From assembly GCF_009914755.1 (NCBI RefSeq), contig NC_060928.1: a stretch of DNA of 64,000 nucleotides; one strand, given 5' to 3'. Positions within the stretch are counted from its first letter, which is position 1, and each line of letters starts with the position of its first letter. The notes under the pieces were generated by a model that saw nothing but the letters and a program-made list of their open reading frames with translations, did not search any database and was not told the origin of the DNA. Source of the DNA: the human T2T-CHM13v2.0 reference genome, Homo sapiens. Position numbers and translations under genes: made by a program. This document shows positions 1 to 10,883 of the stretch, in pieces.

Positions 1-338
1 ATATATACGTATATACGTGTATATATATGTGTATATGTATACATATATACACGTATATACGTATATATCTATATATACGTATATATGTATACGTATATAT
101 ACACGTATATACGTATATATCTATATATACGTATGTGTATATATACGTATATATGTGTATATATGTGTGCGTATATATGTATATACGTATATATACACAT
201 ATGCGTATATATACACATATATACACACATATATACACATATACGTGTATATATGTGTATATATGTGTATACATATGTATATACACACACATATATATAC
301 ACACACAGATATGTACATATATATATGTATACACACAC
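1..338. repeat. Degenerate (TA/TG/CA/CG)n alternating purine-pyrimidine simple repeat, open at the window start
   Basis: Almost uninterrupted alternating R/Y with TATATACG, TATATGTG and TATACACA units. It runs directly into L1 ORF2 sequence at 'cacccaatgttggagcaaccagattc'. Confidence 0.97.
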
Positions 339-3300
339 CCAATGTTGGAGCAACCAGATTCGTAAAACAAGTAGTTATCTATCTACAAAAGACTTAGACA
401 ACCACAGAATAATAGTCAGGGACTACAGCACACCACTGACACATTAGATCATTCAGGCAGAAAACTAGCAAGTAAATTCTGGACTTAAATTTGACACTTG
501 ACTAGTTAGATCTCACAGGCATCTACAGAACCCTCCACCCATCAACCACAGATCATACTTTCTTTGCATCTGCATATGGAACATACTTCAAGATCATCAC
601 ATGGTTTGCCAGAAAGCAAGTTTCAATAAATTAAAAAAAATTTGAAATCATACCAACCATACTCTTAAACCACAGTGAAATAAAAACAGAAATTAATACC
701 AAGAAGATTTCTCAAAAACACACAATTACGTGGAAATTAAACAACTTGCTTCTCAATGACTTTGGGTAAACAATGAAATTAAAGAAGGCATCAACAAATT
801 CTTTGAAATAAAAGGCGACAGCGACAAAACATACCAAAGTCTCTTAGCTGCAGCAAAAGCAGTGTTAAGAGGAAAGTTTGTATCAGTAAATGCCTACCTA
901 AAAAACTTAGAAAGATCTTGAATTAATGATCTAACATCATACCTAGAGAAACTAAAAAATAATGAGCCAACCGCAAAGCTGGTAGAAGGAAAGAAATAGC
1001 TAAAATCAGAGCAAAGCTGAACAGAATTGAGACCCCCAAACTGAATACAAAGGATCAAAGAAACCAAAACCTGCTTTTTTGAAAGGATAAACAAGATCAG
1101 TAGACTGCTAGCTAGAGTAACAATGAAAAAAAGGGAGAAGATCCAATTAGAAATGACAAACGTGACATTACAACTGATCCCACAGAAATATAAAAATAAT
1201 CCTAGAGACTATTATGAACATCTCTGTGCACACAAACTAGAAAATCTGAAAGAAATAGATAAATTCCTAGAAACACATAATCTCCCAAGATTGAATTAGA
1301 AAGAAATCAAAACCCGCAAGAGACCAATAATGAGTTCTGAAATGGAAACAGTAATAAAAAACCTAACAACAACAACAACAACAACAAAAAGCCACAGACC
1401 TGACGAATTCACAGCTGGATTCCACCTAACATACAAAGAAGAGCTGGTACCAATTCTACTGAAACTATTCTAAAAAACTGAGGAGGAGGGCATCCTACCT
1501 AACTCATTCTATGAAGCTGGTTTCTGCATAGGCTCTGTGTTCTGTTCATTTCTCTTCTGTGGATTCTAGGAGAGTATCGTTTGTCTCTTGCCTGCCATTT
1601 GGGCTAAAATCCAGCTCCTGATGTATGTTAAGTATGTATGTTAAGGAGCTGCAGTCTCATAATCCTAGAAGACATAGTAGTCTTGGACACTGCTAGTGGT
1701 TCCAGGACTCCCTGTCTATGAATCAGAATATGAGAATGTCCATAAAGTTCTTGTGCAATTTGAATTTGTAATAAATTTTCTTCCACATATGATATACACA
1801 AACTGCAAAATGTGACAGAGGATTTACTCAGATTTGAAATACTGAAATGTTAACATTCAATAAGTCTACCATAATCTTACATACCTTTAGATATAGCTGT
1901 TATCATCCTATTACCAAAACTTGGCAAAGGCACAGTTAAAATAGAAAATTACAGGCCAATATCCCTGAGGAACATAGATGCAAAAAATCCTCAACAAAGT
2001 AGTAGCAAACTGCATCTGACAGCACATGATTAACTATGGTTAATTCACCATAGTAAAGTAGGTTTGATTTCTTGGATGCAAGGTTGGTTCAACATATGCA
2101 AATCAATAAATGTGATTCACTATGTAAAGAGAATTAAAAACAAAAACCACAAGACTATCTCAACAGATATGGAAAAAGCTTTCAATAAAATCCAACATCG
2201 CTTCAAGGTAAAACCCTCAAGAAACTAGGCATTGAGGGAACATACCTCAAAATGATAAGAGCCATCTATGGCACACCCACAGCTAACATCATGCTGTATG
2301 GGCAAGACTGGAAGCCTTTCCCTTGAGAACTGGAATAAAACAGGGATGCCCACTTTCACCAATCCTACTCAACATAGCACTGGAAAGACTAGCCAGAGAA
2401 ATCAGGCAAGGGGAAGAAATAAAAGTCATCCAAATAGAAAAAGAATTCAAACTACCTCTGTTTTTGGACAATAAGATTCTGTACCTAGAAACCTTAAGGA
2501 TTATGCCAAAAGGCTCCTTGAACTGATAAATGACTGCAGTAATGTTTCAGGATGCAAAATCAATGTACACAATTCAGCAACATTTCTATACATGAATAAT
2601 GTTCAAGAGTAGAGCAAAATAAAAAATGCAATCCCATTTACAATAGCCATACCCCACTAAAAATACCTAGGAATACATCTAACAAAGGAGGTAAAAACTT
2701 TATACAAGGAGGGCTATAAAACACTACGAAGGAAATCGTAGGTGAGAAAAACAAATGGATAAAACATTCCATGCCCATGGATTGGAAAAATCAATATCAT
2801 TAAAATTGCCATACTGCCCAGAGCAATCTACAGATTCAACACTGTTCCTATCAAACTACCAACATCATTTCTCTCACAGAACTAGAAAAAAAATTCTAAA
2901 ATTCATATGGAACCCCAAAAGAGCCTGAATAGTCAAAGCAATCCTAGGCAAAAAGAGCATAGCTGAAGGCATCACGTTACCCATCTTCAAACTATATAAT
3001 TAAGCTACAGTAATCAAAACAGCATGATACTGGTACAAAAACAGACATATAAACCAATGGAACAGAACAAAGAACCCAGAAATAAAGCTACAAACTTACA
3101 GCCATCTGATCTTCAACAAAGTCAACAAAAATAAGCAATGGAAAAAGGATTCATTATTCAATAAATAGTGCTGAGATAACTAGCTAGCCATATGCAGAAG
3201 AATGAAACTGGACCACTATATTTCACCATATACAAAAATTAACTCAATGTGGATTAAAGGTTTAAATGTAAGACCTCAAACGATAAGAATTCTGGAAGAA

Positions 3301-4243
3301 AACCTAGGAAATACTAATATGAATATCGGCATTGGGAAAGAATTTATGACTAAGTCCTCAAAAGCAATTGCAAAAAAAAAAATTGAAAAGGGGGACCTAA
3401 TGAAACTAAAGTTTCTACACAGAAAAAGAGACTATGAACAGAGTAAAAAGACAATCTACAGAATGAGAGAAAATATTTGTAAACTATGCATCCAAGAAAG
3501 GTCTAATATTCAGAATTCATAAGGAACTTAATTCAACAAGCAAAAAGCAAATACCCCCATTAAAAAATGGGCAAAAGATATGAACAGACACTCCTTAAAA
3601 GTAGACATATGAGCAGTCAATAAACATGTGAAAATCATCATCACCAATCATCAGAGAAATGCAAATCAAAACCACAGTAAGATAGCATCTAACACCAGTC
3701 AGAATGGCTATCATTAAAAAGTCAGAAAACAGTAGACACTTGTGAGGTTGCAGAGAAAAGGAAATGCTTACACACTATTGGTGGGAAAGTAAATTAGTTC
3801 AGCCACTGTGGGAAGAAGTTTAGAGATTTCTCAATGAATTTAAAACAGAACTACCATTTAACTCAGGAATCCCATTACTGGGTATATATCCAAAAGAAAA
3901 TAAATTATTCTACCAAAAGATACATACACTCATGCTCCTTGTAGCACTATTCCAATAGAAAATGACATGGAACCAACCTAGTTGCTCATCAGTGGTGAAC
4001 AGGATAAAAAAATGTGGTACATATGCCCCATGAAATACTACACAGCTATCTAAAAGAGCAAAATCATGTCCATTGCAGTAACATGGATGGAGCTGGAGGC
4101 TACTATTCTAAGCAAATTAACACAGGAGCAGAAAACAAAATACTGCATGTTCTCATTTGTGAGAGCTAAGCATTGGATACTCATGGACATAAAGAAGATA
4201 GAAATAGACACTGTGGACTACCTGAAGGGTGAGAGTGGGAGCA
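335..4243 (+). mobile_element. LINE-1 remnant (old L1PA13-16/L1PB-like): ORF2 EN/RT/C-terminal region plus part of the 3'UTR, disrupted
   Basis: ORF2-like peptides in the ORF track ([20 protein letters not shown] at 2323; [36 protein letters not shown] at 3202). Typical L1 text such as 'agagaaatgcaaatcaaaaccaca' and 'acatggatggagctggaggc'. Many stops and frameshifts; interrupted at 1518-1903 by non-L1 DNA. Confidence 0.95.
1518..1903 (+). repeat. Direct copy of local unique sequence 5966-6344 inserted into L1 ORF2
   Basis: Alignment by eye to 5966-6344, including a 113-bp identical run (1699-1811). L1 resumes on both sides ('aactcattctatgaagc' | 'atcatcctattaccaaaac'). Confidence 0.96.
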
Positions 4244-4257
4244 GTATATATATATAT

Positions 4258-4630
4258 CCTGCTTGTTCTCTGAGCTCCTGGATCTGGTTTGATATCTGTC
4301 ATTAATTTTGGAAAGTTTTTGGCCATTATTACATTAAATATTTTTTCTGCTCCATTCTCTCTTCTGGTATTTCAGTTTTGGATATGTTATATCTTTTGAA
4401 ACTTTCCCACAGTTCTTAGATGTTCCTTTTTTTGTTTTTTTAAATTTTTTGTTCTCTATGTATTTTAGCATAAGAAGTTTCTGTTGATGTGTCTTCAAGT
4501 TCACTTATTTGTTTCCTTGGCTGTGTCCAGTCCATTATTGAGCTCATCAAAGACATTCTTCATTTCTGTTACAGTTTTTGATTTTTTCCACTCTAATAAC
4601 TTCAACCTTTCTAATCATTTCTGTGTTTTT
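4258..4630 (-). mobile_element. Old L1M fragment (ORF1 region), antisense
   Basis: T-rich text 'aattttggaaagtttttggccattatt...tcttcaagttcacttatt' resembling the reverse complement of the L1M ORF1 region. Confidence 0.7.
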
Positions 4631-4892
4631 AGCAACAATTTTTTTTGAAATAATCATGATTTTAAACATAAGGAATCTGAGAAATCCTCATGTACAAAGG
4701 CTTCTCTTCAGTGATGAGGAAAGTGAGTTGCTCAAGGTCACAGAGAAAAGCAAAGACAAGACGAGGCCCCAGTCTCCCATTCCTCTCTTCATGAACTTTC
4801 CCCCTATGTCACAATCATAGAAATATGGTACTTTATATTACATAGCTCAGTTATTAATTTTTGGTATACATTTGTTTCTAACTTTTAGAAAC

Positions 4893-5725
4893 TGTTTTGG
4901 ACTGAATTGTCCATATATTTGGACACATTTATATGTTGAATTTAAATTTATATATTGAAATCTTACTTCCAAATGTGACCATATTTACAGAAAGGGCCTT
5001 AAAGGAAGTAACAAAGGTTAAATGAGGTCACAAGAAGGGTCCCTAATTTAATATGACTGATTCCTTTACAAGAATAAGATGAAACATCAGGGATGTATGT
5101 GCACAGATCAAGGCCATGTGAGGACACAGACAGAAGATGGTCATCTGCAAGCCAAGGAGAGAGACCTCAGGAGAAACCAAATCTGCAGACAACCTGACCT
5201 TGGACTTACAGCTTTCAGAACTGTGAGAAATAAATTTCTGTTGTATAAACCACCCAGTCTGTGGTATTTCTTCGTGTCAACTACTATGCCTTGAATATGT
5301 CCCCCAGAAGGCATGTGTTGGAAACTTGGTTTCCAATGCAGGACTGTTGAGAGATAGGACCTTTGAGAAGTGATTGGATCATGAGGGTTCTATTCTTATG
5401 AGAAGATCAATCCATTGATTGACTAATGGATTAATGGGCTATTGAGGGAGTGTGTTTGTTATCATGAAAGTGGGTCTGTTGTAAAAAACAATTGGCTAGC
5501 CTTTTGTGAGCCCCCTTGGCATGTGATGCCCTGTGCCATCTCAGGACCCTGCAGAGTCCCTACTGGCAAGAATGCCCTCACCATATGAGACTCCCAGACC
5601 TTTGACTTTCCAGCCTTCAGAACTGAATGAAATAAATTTCTTTTCTTTATAAATTACCCAGTCTCAGATATTCAGTTATAGAAACGGAAAATGGACTAAG
5701 ACAACAACCCTAGCAAACTAATACA
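4893..5725 (+). mobile_element. MLT1A/B-like MaLR solo LTR, split by an MST LTR
   Basis: TG...CA ends ('tgttttggactgaattgt' ... 'ctagcaaactaataca'), internal 'ggccatgtgaggacacag...gcaagccaaggagagag', degenerate 5-bp TSD gaaac/aaaac. Confidence 0.88.
5282..5703 (+). mobile_element. MST-family (MSTB/C-like) MaLR solo LTR nested in MLT1
   Basis: Ends in 'aaattacccagtctcagatattc...aatggactaagaca'; flanked by tcaac/acaac (5-bp TSD, 1 mismatch); the MLT1 3' end resumes after it. Confidence 0.88.
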
Positions 5726-5965
5726 AAAACCATTTTCTTAATCACATTTTTAAAAATGAAAATTTGATTAAAGAAAAAACATTATCATAAAGTCATCACC
5801 ATAGAATAATATTTTTCTTTTTGCTATTCCCTTCTAGTACTTCCTATGTATACACGTTTTACACTGTTCACTTGCTTGCTTCTAAAACAACTGATCTGTG
5901 CTGGACTCTAATATTTTTAAGCACCCCCTTAAAATATTTTTCTGCCTCTGCCTATTCTATTTTGT

Positions 5966-6344
5966 TGGTTTCTGCTTATGCTCTGTGTTCTGTTCATTTC
6001 TCTTCTGTGGATTCTAGGAGAGTATCACTGTTGTCCCCTGCCTACTATTTGGGCTGAAGTCCAGCTCCTGATGTATGTTAAGTACCTGCGGTCTCATAGT
6101 CCTAGAAGGCATAGTAGTCTTGGATACTGCTAGTAGTTCCAGGACTCCCTGTCTATGAATCAGAATATGAGAATGTCCATAAAGTTCTTGTGCAATTTGA
6201 ATTTGTAATAAATTTTCTTCCACATATGATATACACAAACTGCAAAATATGACAGAGAGAGGATTTACTCGGATTTGAAATACTGAAATGTTAACATTGA
6301 ATAAGTCTACCATAATCTTACATACCTTTAGATATAGCTGTTAT
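5966..6344 (+). repeat. Probable donor copy of the segment duplicated at 1518-1903
   Basis: Sequence match to 1518-1903; here it is continuous with non-repeat flanks. Confidence 0.95.
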
Positions 6345-6569
6345 TATGGATAGGGTGTATTCCCTAGAAAGTAGAATAAAGATATTAAAACAAACCATTA
6401 ATATTAATAGCTTATTTAAATCTTGAATAATTGCCGTTTTGTTGTATTTTGCAAATTGCTTTATATATTACACAGACATGATTTATTTATGATTCAAACT
6501 GAACAAAAACTTTCTGTATGCCTCATATTTCTAGGATGTGCATGCACACACACAGACACCTGCAGACAA

Positions 6570-6742
6570 CAGTAATTCTCAAACTTGGGTATGCATCAAA
6601 ATTACCTACATAGTTTGTTAGAGCACAGATGGCTGGGTCCCACCCAAGAGTTTCTGACTTAATTGACCTGGGTGGGACCCAAGAATTTGCCTTTCTAACA
6701 AGCTCCCAGATAATGCTTATGTTGCTAGTAGGGAGAATCACT
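6570..6742. mobile_element. MER5A-like hAT-Charlie MITE
   Basis: TIR-like ends 'cagtaattctcaaactt' ... 'gagaatcactg'; internal 'gcatcaaaattacct', 'ttctaacaagctcccag'. Confidence 0.85.
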
Positions 6743-6889
6743 GATTTATAAAAATCCATTGGAAAAAAACGCACTGGGGTGATGGGAAAAATCAAGAATT
6801 CTTTCTCCTTCCTTCCCTTCTTCCTTTCCCATACCGACTCTTCGTTCTTCTCCGTTTCTGTTTTTCTTCTCTCCCTCTCTCTCCCCTAT

Positions 6890-7509
6890 GTTTTTTTGTT
6901 TGTTTGTTTGTTTTGTTTTCTTACTTTAAGTTCTGGGATATATGTGCAGAACATGCAGGTTTATTTACATAGGTTTACACGTGCCATGGTGGTTTGCTGC
7001 ACCCATCAACTCATCACCTACATTAGATATTTCTCCTAATGCTATCCCTCCCCTATCCCCCACCCCCGATAGGCCCCGGTGTGTAATGTTTCCCTCCCTG
7101 TGTCCATGTGTTCCCATTGTTCAACTCCCACTTATGAATGAGAACATGCAGTGTTTGGTTTTCTGTTCTTGTGTTAGTTTGCTGAGAATGATGATTTCCA
7201 GCTTCATCCATGTCCCTGCAAAGGACATGAACTCATTCTTTTTATGGCTGCATAGTATTCCATGGTGTATATGTGCCACATTTGTTTATCCAGTCTATCA
7301 TTGATGGGCATTTGGGTTGGTTCCAAATCTTTGCTATTGTGAATAGTGCTGCAATAAACATACATGTGCATGTGTCTTTATAGTAGAATGATTTATAATC
7401 CTTTGGGTATATACCCAGTAATGGGATTGCTGGGTCAAATGGGATCTCTGGTTTCAGATCCTTGAGGAATCACCACACTGTCTTCCACAATGTTTGAACT
7501 AATTTACAA
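6890..7509 (-). mobile_element. 5'-truncated L1PA (L1PA7/8-like) 3' end
   Basis: T-rich tail, then 'actttaagttctgggata...gtgcagaacatgcagg...cccacttatgaatgagaacatg...gaggaatcaccacactgtcttccacaatg'. Confidence 0.95.
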
Positions 7510-8089
7510 TTGCAACCTTCACCAGGTGGAAATAATTTGGCGTGGCGATTATCGCCAATTTTTGGTGGTTCTTGCTAACAAGAAAGAACAATATGCTTGA
7601 TTGTCATCCCTCAACCTGCCTTTTGCCAGGGTCTCTGCCTGTTTCTTTGTCTTCAGTCTGTTTCTCTGATCCTTTCCCTACACAGCTTCCAGTTGCTGTC
7701 TGGAAACAGGTCATTTCTTAAAACTCCTAGCGACTTCCACTGGTACTCACAATGGAGCAGGAATTCAAACTCAGCTTTGGCTAGCTTTGAAGCAAGCTGC
7801 CCTTTTAACTACTACAGTATCCCGTCTTCCTCACATGTGTGAACAGAATGGATAACTAAAACATAAACCCCCTCTTCTTAGGAAATAATTTCAACCTTAT
7901 TCCTCATCTTGCTCTTAAGTACTGACCAGTAAAGATATTGTTTGGTTGAAGTCCATAAATATTTAATCCACCTCTGTGATGGACCCAGTACTGTGTGGGT
8001 TGAGTTTTCTTTCCTACTCCCTGAACGTGTCTTTGGGTTTGAATAATGGTGTGATCAAACAAAATATCAAAAATCCAAAACCAAATAAA

Positions 8090-8303
8090 CAAAAGCCCCC
8101 AAAGCAAAAAGCAAAGCACAACAGCCAAAGAGCTAAGTTGAAGAAATGGACAAATATGGGACAATCATTCATAGATGTGGGACAATCATTCATAGGTGGG
8201 GGCTTTTTGCCCCCAAAGCAAAAAGCAAAGCACAAGAGGGCAAAGGGCTAAGTAGAAGAAATGGATAAAGATGGGACAATTATTCATAGATGGGATAATC
8301 ATT
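8090..8303. repeat. Local ~100-bp duplication with an inverted junction insert and internal 19-21-bp tandem units
   Basis: 'gcccccaaagcaaaaagcaaagcacaa...aagaaatgga...tgggacaat' occurs at 8095 and 8209; 'tgggggctttttg' at 8197-8209 is the reverse complement of 8090-8101 with one extra T. Confidence 0.92.
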
Positions 8304-9109
8304 CCCTGAGATTACAAGGAGTAGAAATGCTGTATTTTTTTAATGATTTCATTCATCATGTCTCTGAAAACCCAGGTACACCTACCCAAGGAGAAACTTA
8401 GGAAAACTAGAAATCATATCATCATAGAAGTAACCCAAGTTCTAGGACCAGCTCTTCCAAAAATTGTCTGTGTGTCTTTGACCAATTCAGTTTATTTCTC
8501 TGAGCCTCCATTTCCATAAAATGAAGGACTACGTCCAGGTAATTTCTAGAGTTTCTTCCAGTGCCAGTATCCCAGGGTTGCAACATTCTGTGGACAAACA
8601 TACAAAACAGTCTTTAATTATAAGTTTGTGAAGTCATCTAGGGGTTCAGTTCCATATTCTCCTGGAGTCTTAAACCTTTATTAATTATTTGTTTCCCAAG
8701 GCCAGTTCTGTTAGTGGGAGGGGGAAGAGAAGCAGAGAAACCCCTTGGACCATAAGCCTTCCACTTCTGGTTTCTTACCACAAAATATTCCCCAGGACTT
8801 GGGAGCCAGATGGCAACACTTTTGAAGATGCACTAAGGATTTGAATTCTTGTTCATATTAAATATCACATGTAAATTATTAATCTGTAGCAGATGTTAAT
8901 GTATATTATTACACTGTATTAAATATTAATGTTGCAAAGACCATTCTGTGGACCACATGGAGATGTAGGGAAACCACCACTGATCCTCCATTTTTAAATG
9001 CCAGATTTAGAATCCAGGTAGCTTAGTTGAAAGTCTTTAAAAGGAATATTTCTTACTAGCATTATATACAAAAATATAAGCCTTGTTCCAAAATAAATGA
9101 TAATAACAG

Positions 9110-9520
9110 CATTTAGTACATTTTATTATGGGCCAAGTACCCTTCTAAGTGGTTTACACATACTGATAAATTTAATCTTCCTAACAACTCTATGAGGAAA
9201 GCATTACTACTTATAATTGTTAGGAAACAAACAACCTTCTCTGAGCACCAACTATGTACCAGAGATTGTTCTAGGCAATGGGGATAAGGAAACAAGATAA
9301 AACATTGTCGTGATTTTTATGGAACTACTTTCTGTTGAAATGTAACAGACAATATGTTTTAGACAATATGCCCCAAACAAATAAATTCACAAAATAATTT
9401 GAGAGAGAGATAAGGGCCATAAAGTAGATTCAACGGTTATGTGAATGAGGACTGGAAAGGGGTTGTTAGAGAGTGGCCAACCTGGGGAATCTTCTTGGAG
9501 GAAGAGTCACTGGACTAAGT
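9110..9520. mobile_element. MIR fragment followed by an L2 fragment
   Basis: 'tttaatcttcctaacaactctatgagg' (MIR-like) and 'tgagcaccaactatgtaccagagattgttctaggcaatggggata' (L2 3' region-like). Confidence 0.65.
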
Positions 9521-10688
9521 CTTCTAGGTCAATTCACATAACAGCAATTTCCTAAAAACAACTTGACAAATACCAGTTGTTTAAATGACCAAAGTATTGA
9601 TACATCAATTTGTCAAAAACTTGTTTTAATCAACTGTCTATAGTTTTATAGTATTTCGTGTTTCTCCAAGATCACCTAATGTGCAATATGTTTTTAGAAT
9701 GACAATTTTCTGAATATTGTGACTCTTAGCTGTTATGCATGCCACCAATGTCATGAATATTATAAATAGTTGGGTGGGTTTCTGGTTTCCAAAGCATTTT
9801 CTATCCAGTCTACAGCTTCCTCCCTCTTCTTTCAGTTTACATCTTTGCATTATTCAATTTTTCTATTTTGCTTCAGCTTATCTATGGACGGTTTGAAATA
9901 ATTTGTGGAGATGCAAGCTAGGCAGCTCCAGTGTAAAATGAATATAAATTAAGCAGAATAGATACACTGCCTAGAAGTAGCTGCTGTCACTCCATCTTTT
10001 CTTCAAGTCAGTTCAACCCCTCTTCTCCCAGGCAGGCTGCAACCAGGAGAATGACCTTGTTAGTTTTTCTTGAGTAGCACCATCTTTAATCTCTCTCTCT
10101 CATTCCTCTTTCTGGGGATCTTTTCCTTGCATCCCCTTCCACCTATCTTAGAAACCAGTCAAGCCCCTATTCCAGGTATCCTAAATTTTTATCTCTCTTT
10201 ATTTGATAACTACTCAAGATTGAGGGCTGTGTGTTTGTTGCTTCAACACTCATTCCAATCCACATGGAAGTTGCTTTCCTTTATTATAGAGACTGGAAGG
10301 CTAAAACTGACATTGCTCTAACTGCTTTGTAGCTAGGGTACAGATACATGATCTAGGATCTGCCTATCAGAAGACTTTGGAGGTGAAGATAAACAAAGGA
10401 GTAGTATGCCATGGAGATACTGACATTTCTAGCAAGAGTAGTGGGGATGGTGTCTAAGGCAGCCATGGTGGTATTGCTAGCATCTGGTACAGGGTGTTAC
10501 ACATGCAGTACTAGCAATGATGGTTCCTCTAGGATGGTTCCATGGTAGACTTGAATGTATCTTCTGGGTGCATTTTTTACCTAGCTCAATCTATCCTGGA
10601 TTGTGTACCATAAATGTGGTAATTTGGGCTTCACAGAGATTCTATAAGTCATACGTATATTTTACTAAATTAATTTATGCTTAGGCTA

Positions 10689-10883
<195 letters not shown>

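Noticed and set aside
17-447. Y/I/T/V-rich ORFs on both strands
   Set aside because: Translations of the TA-rich simple repeat.
2268-4305. ORFs with RT and L1 C-terminal similarity as a functional gene
   Set aside because: Short fragments of a frameshifted, stop-ridden L1 ORF2.
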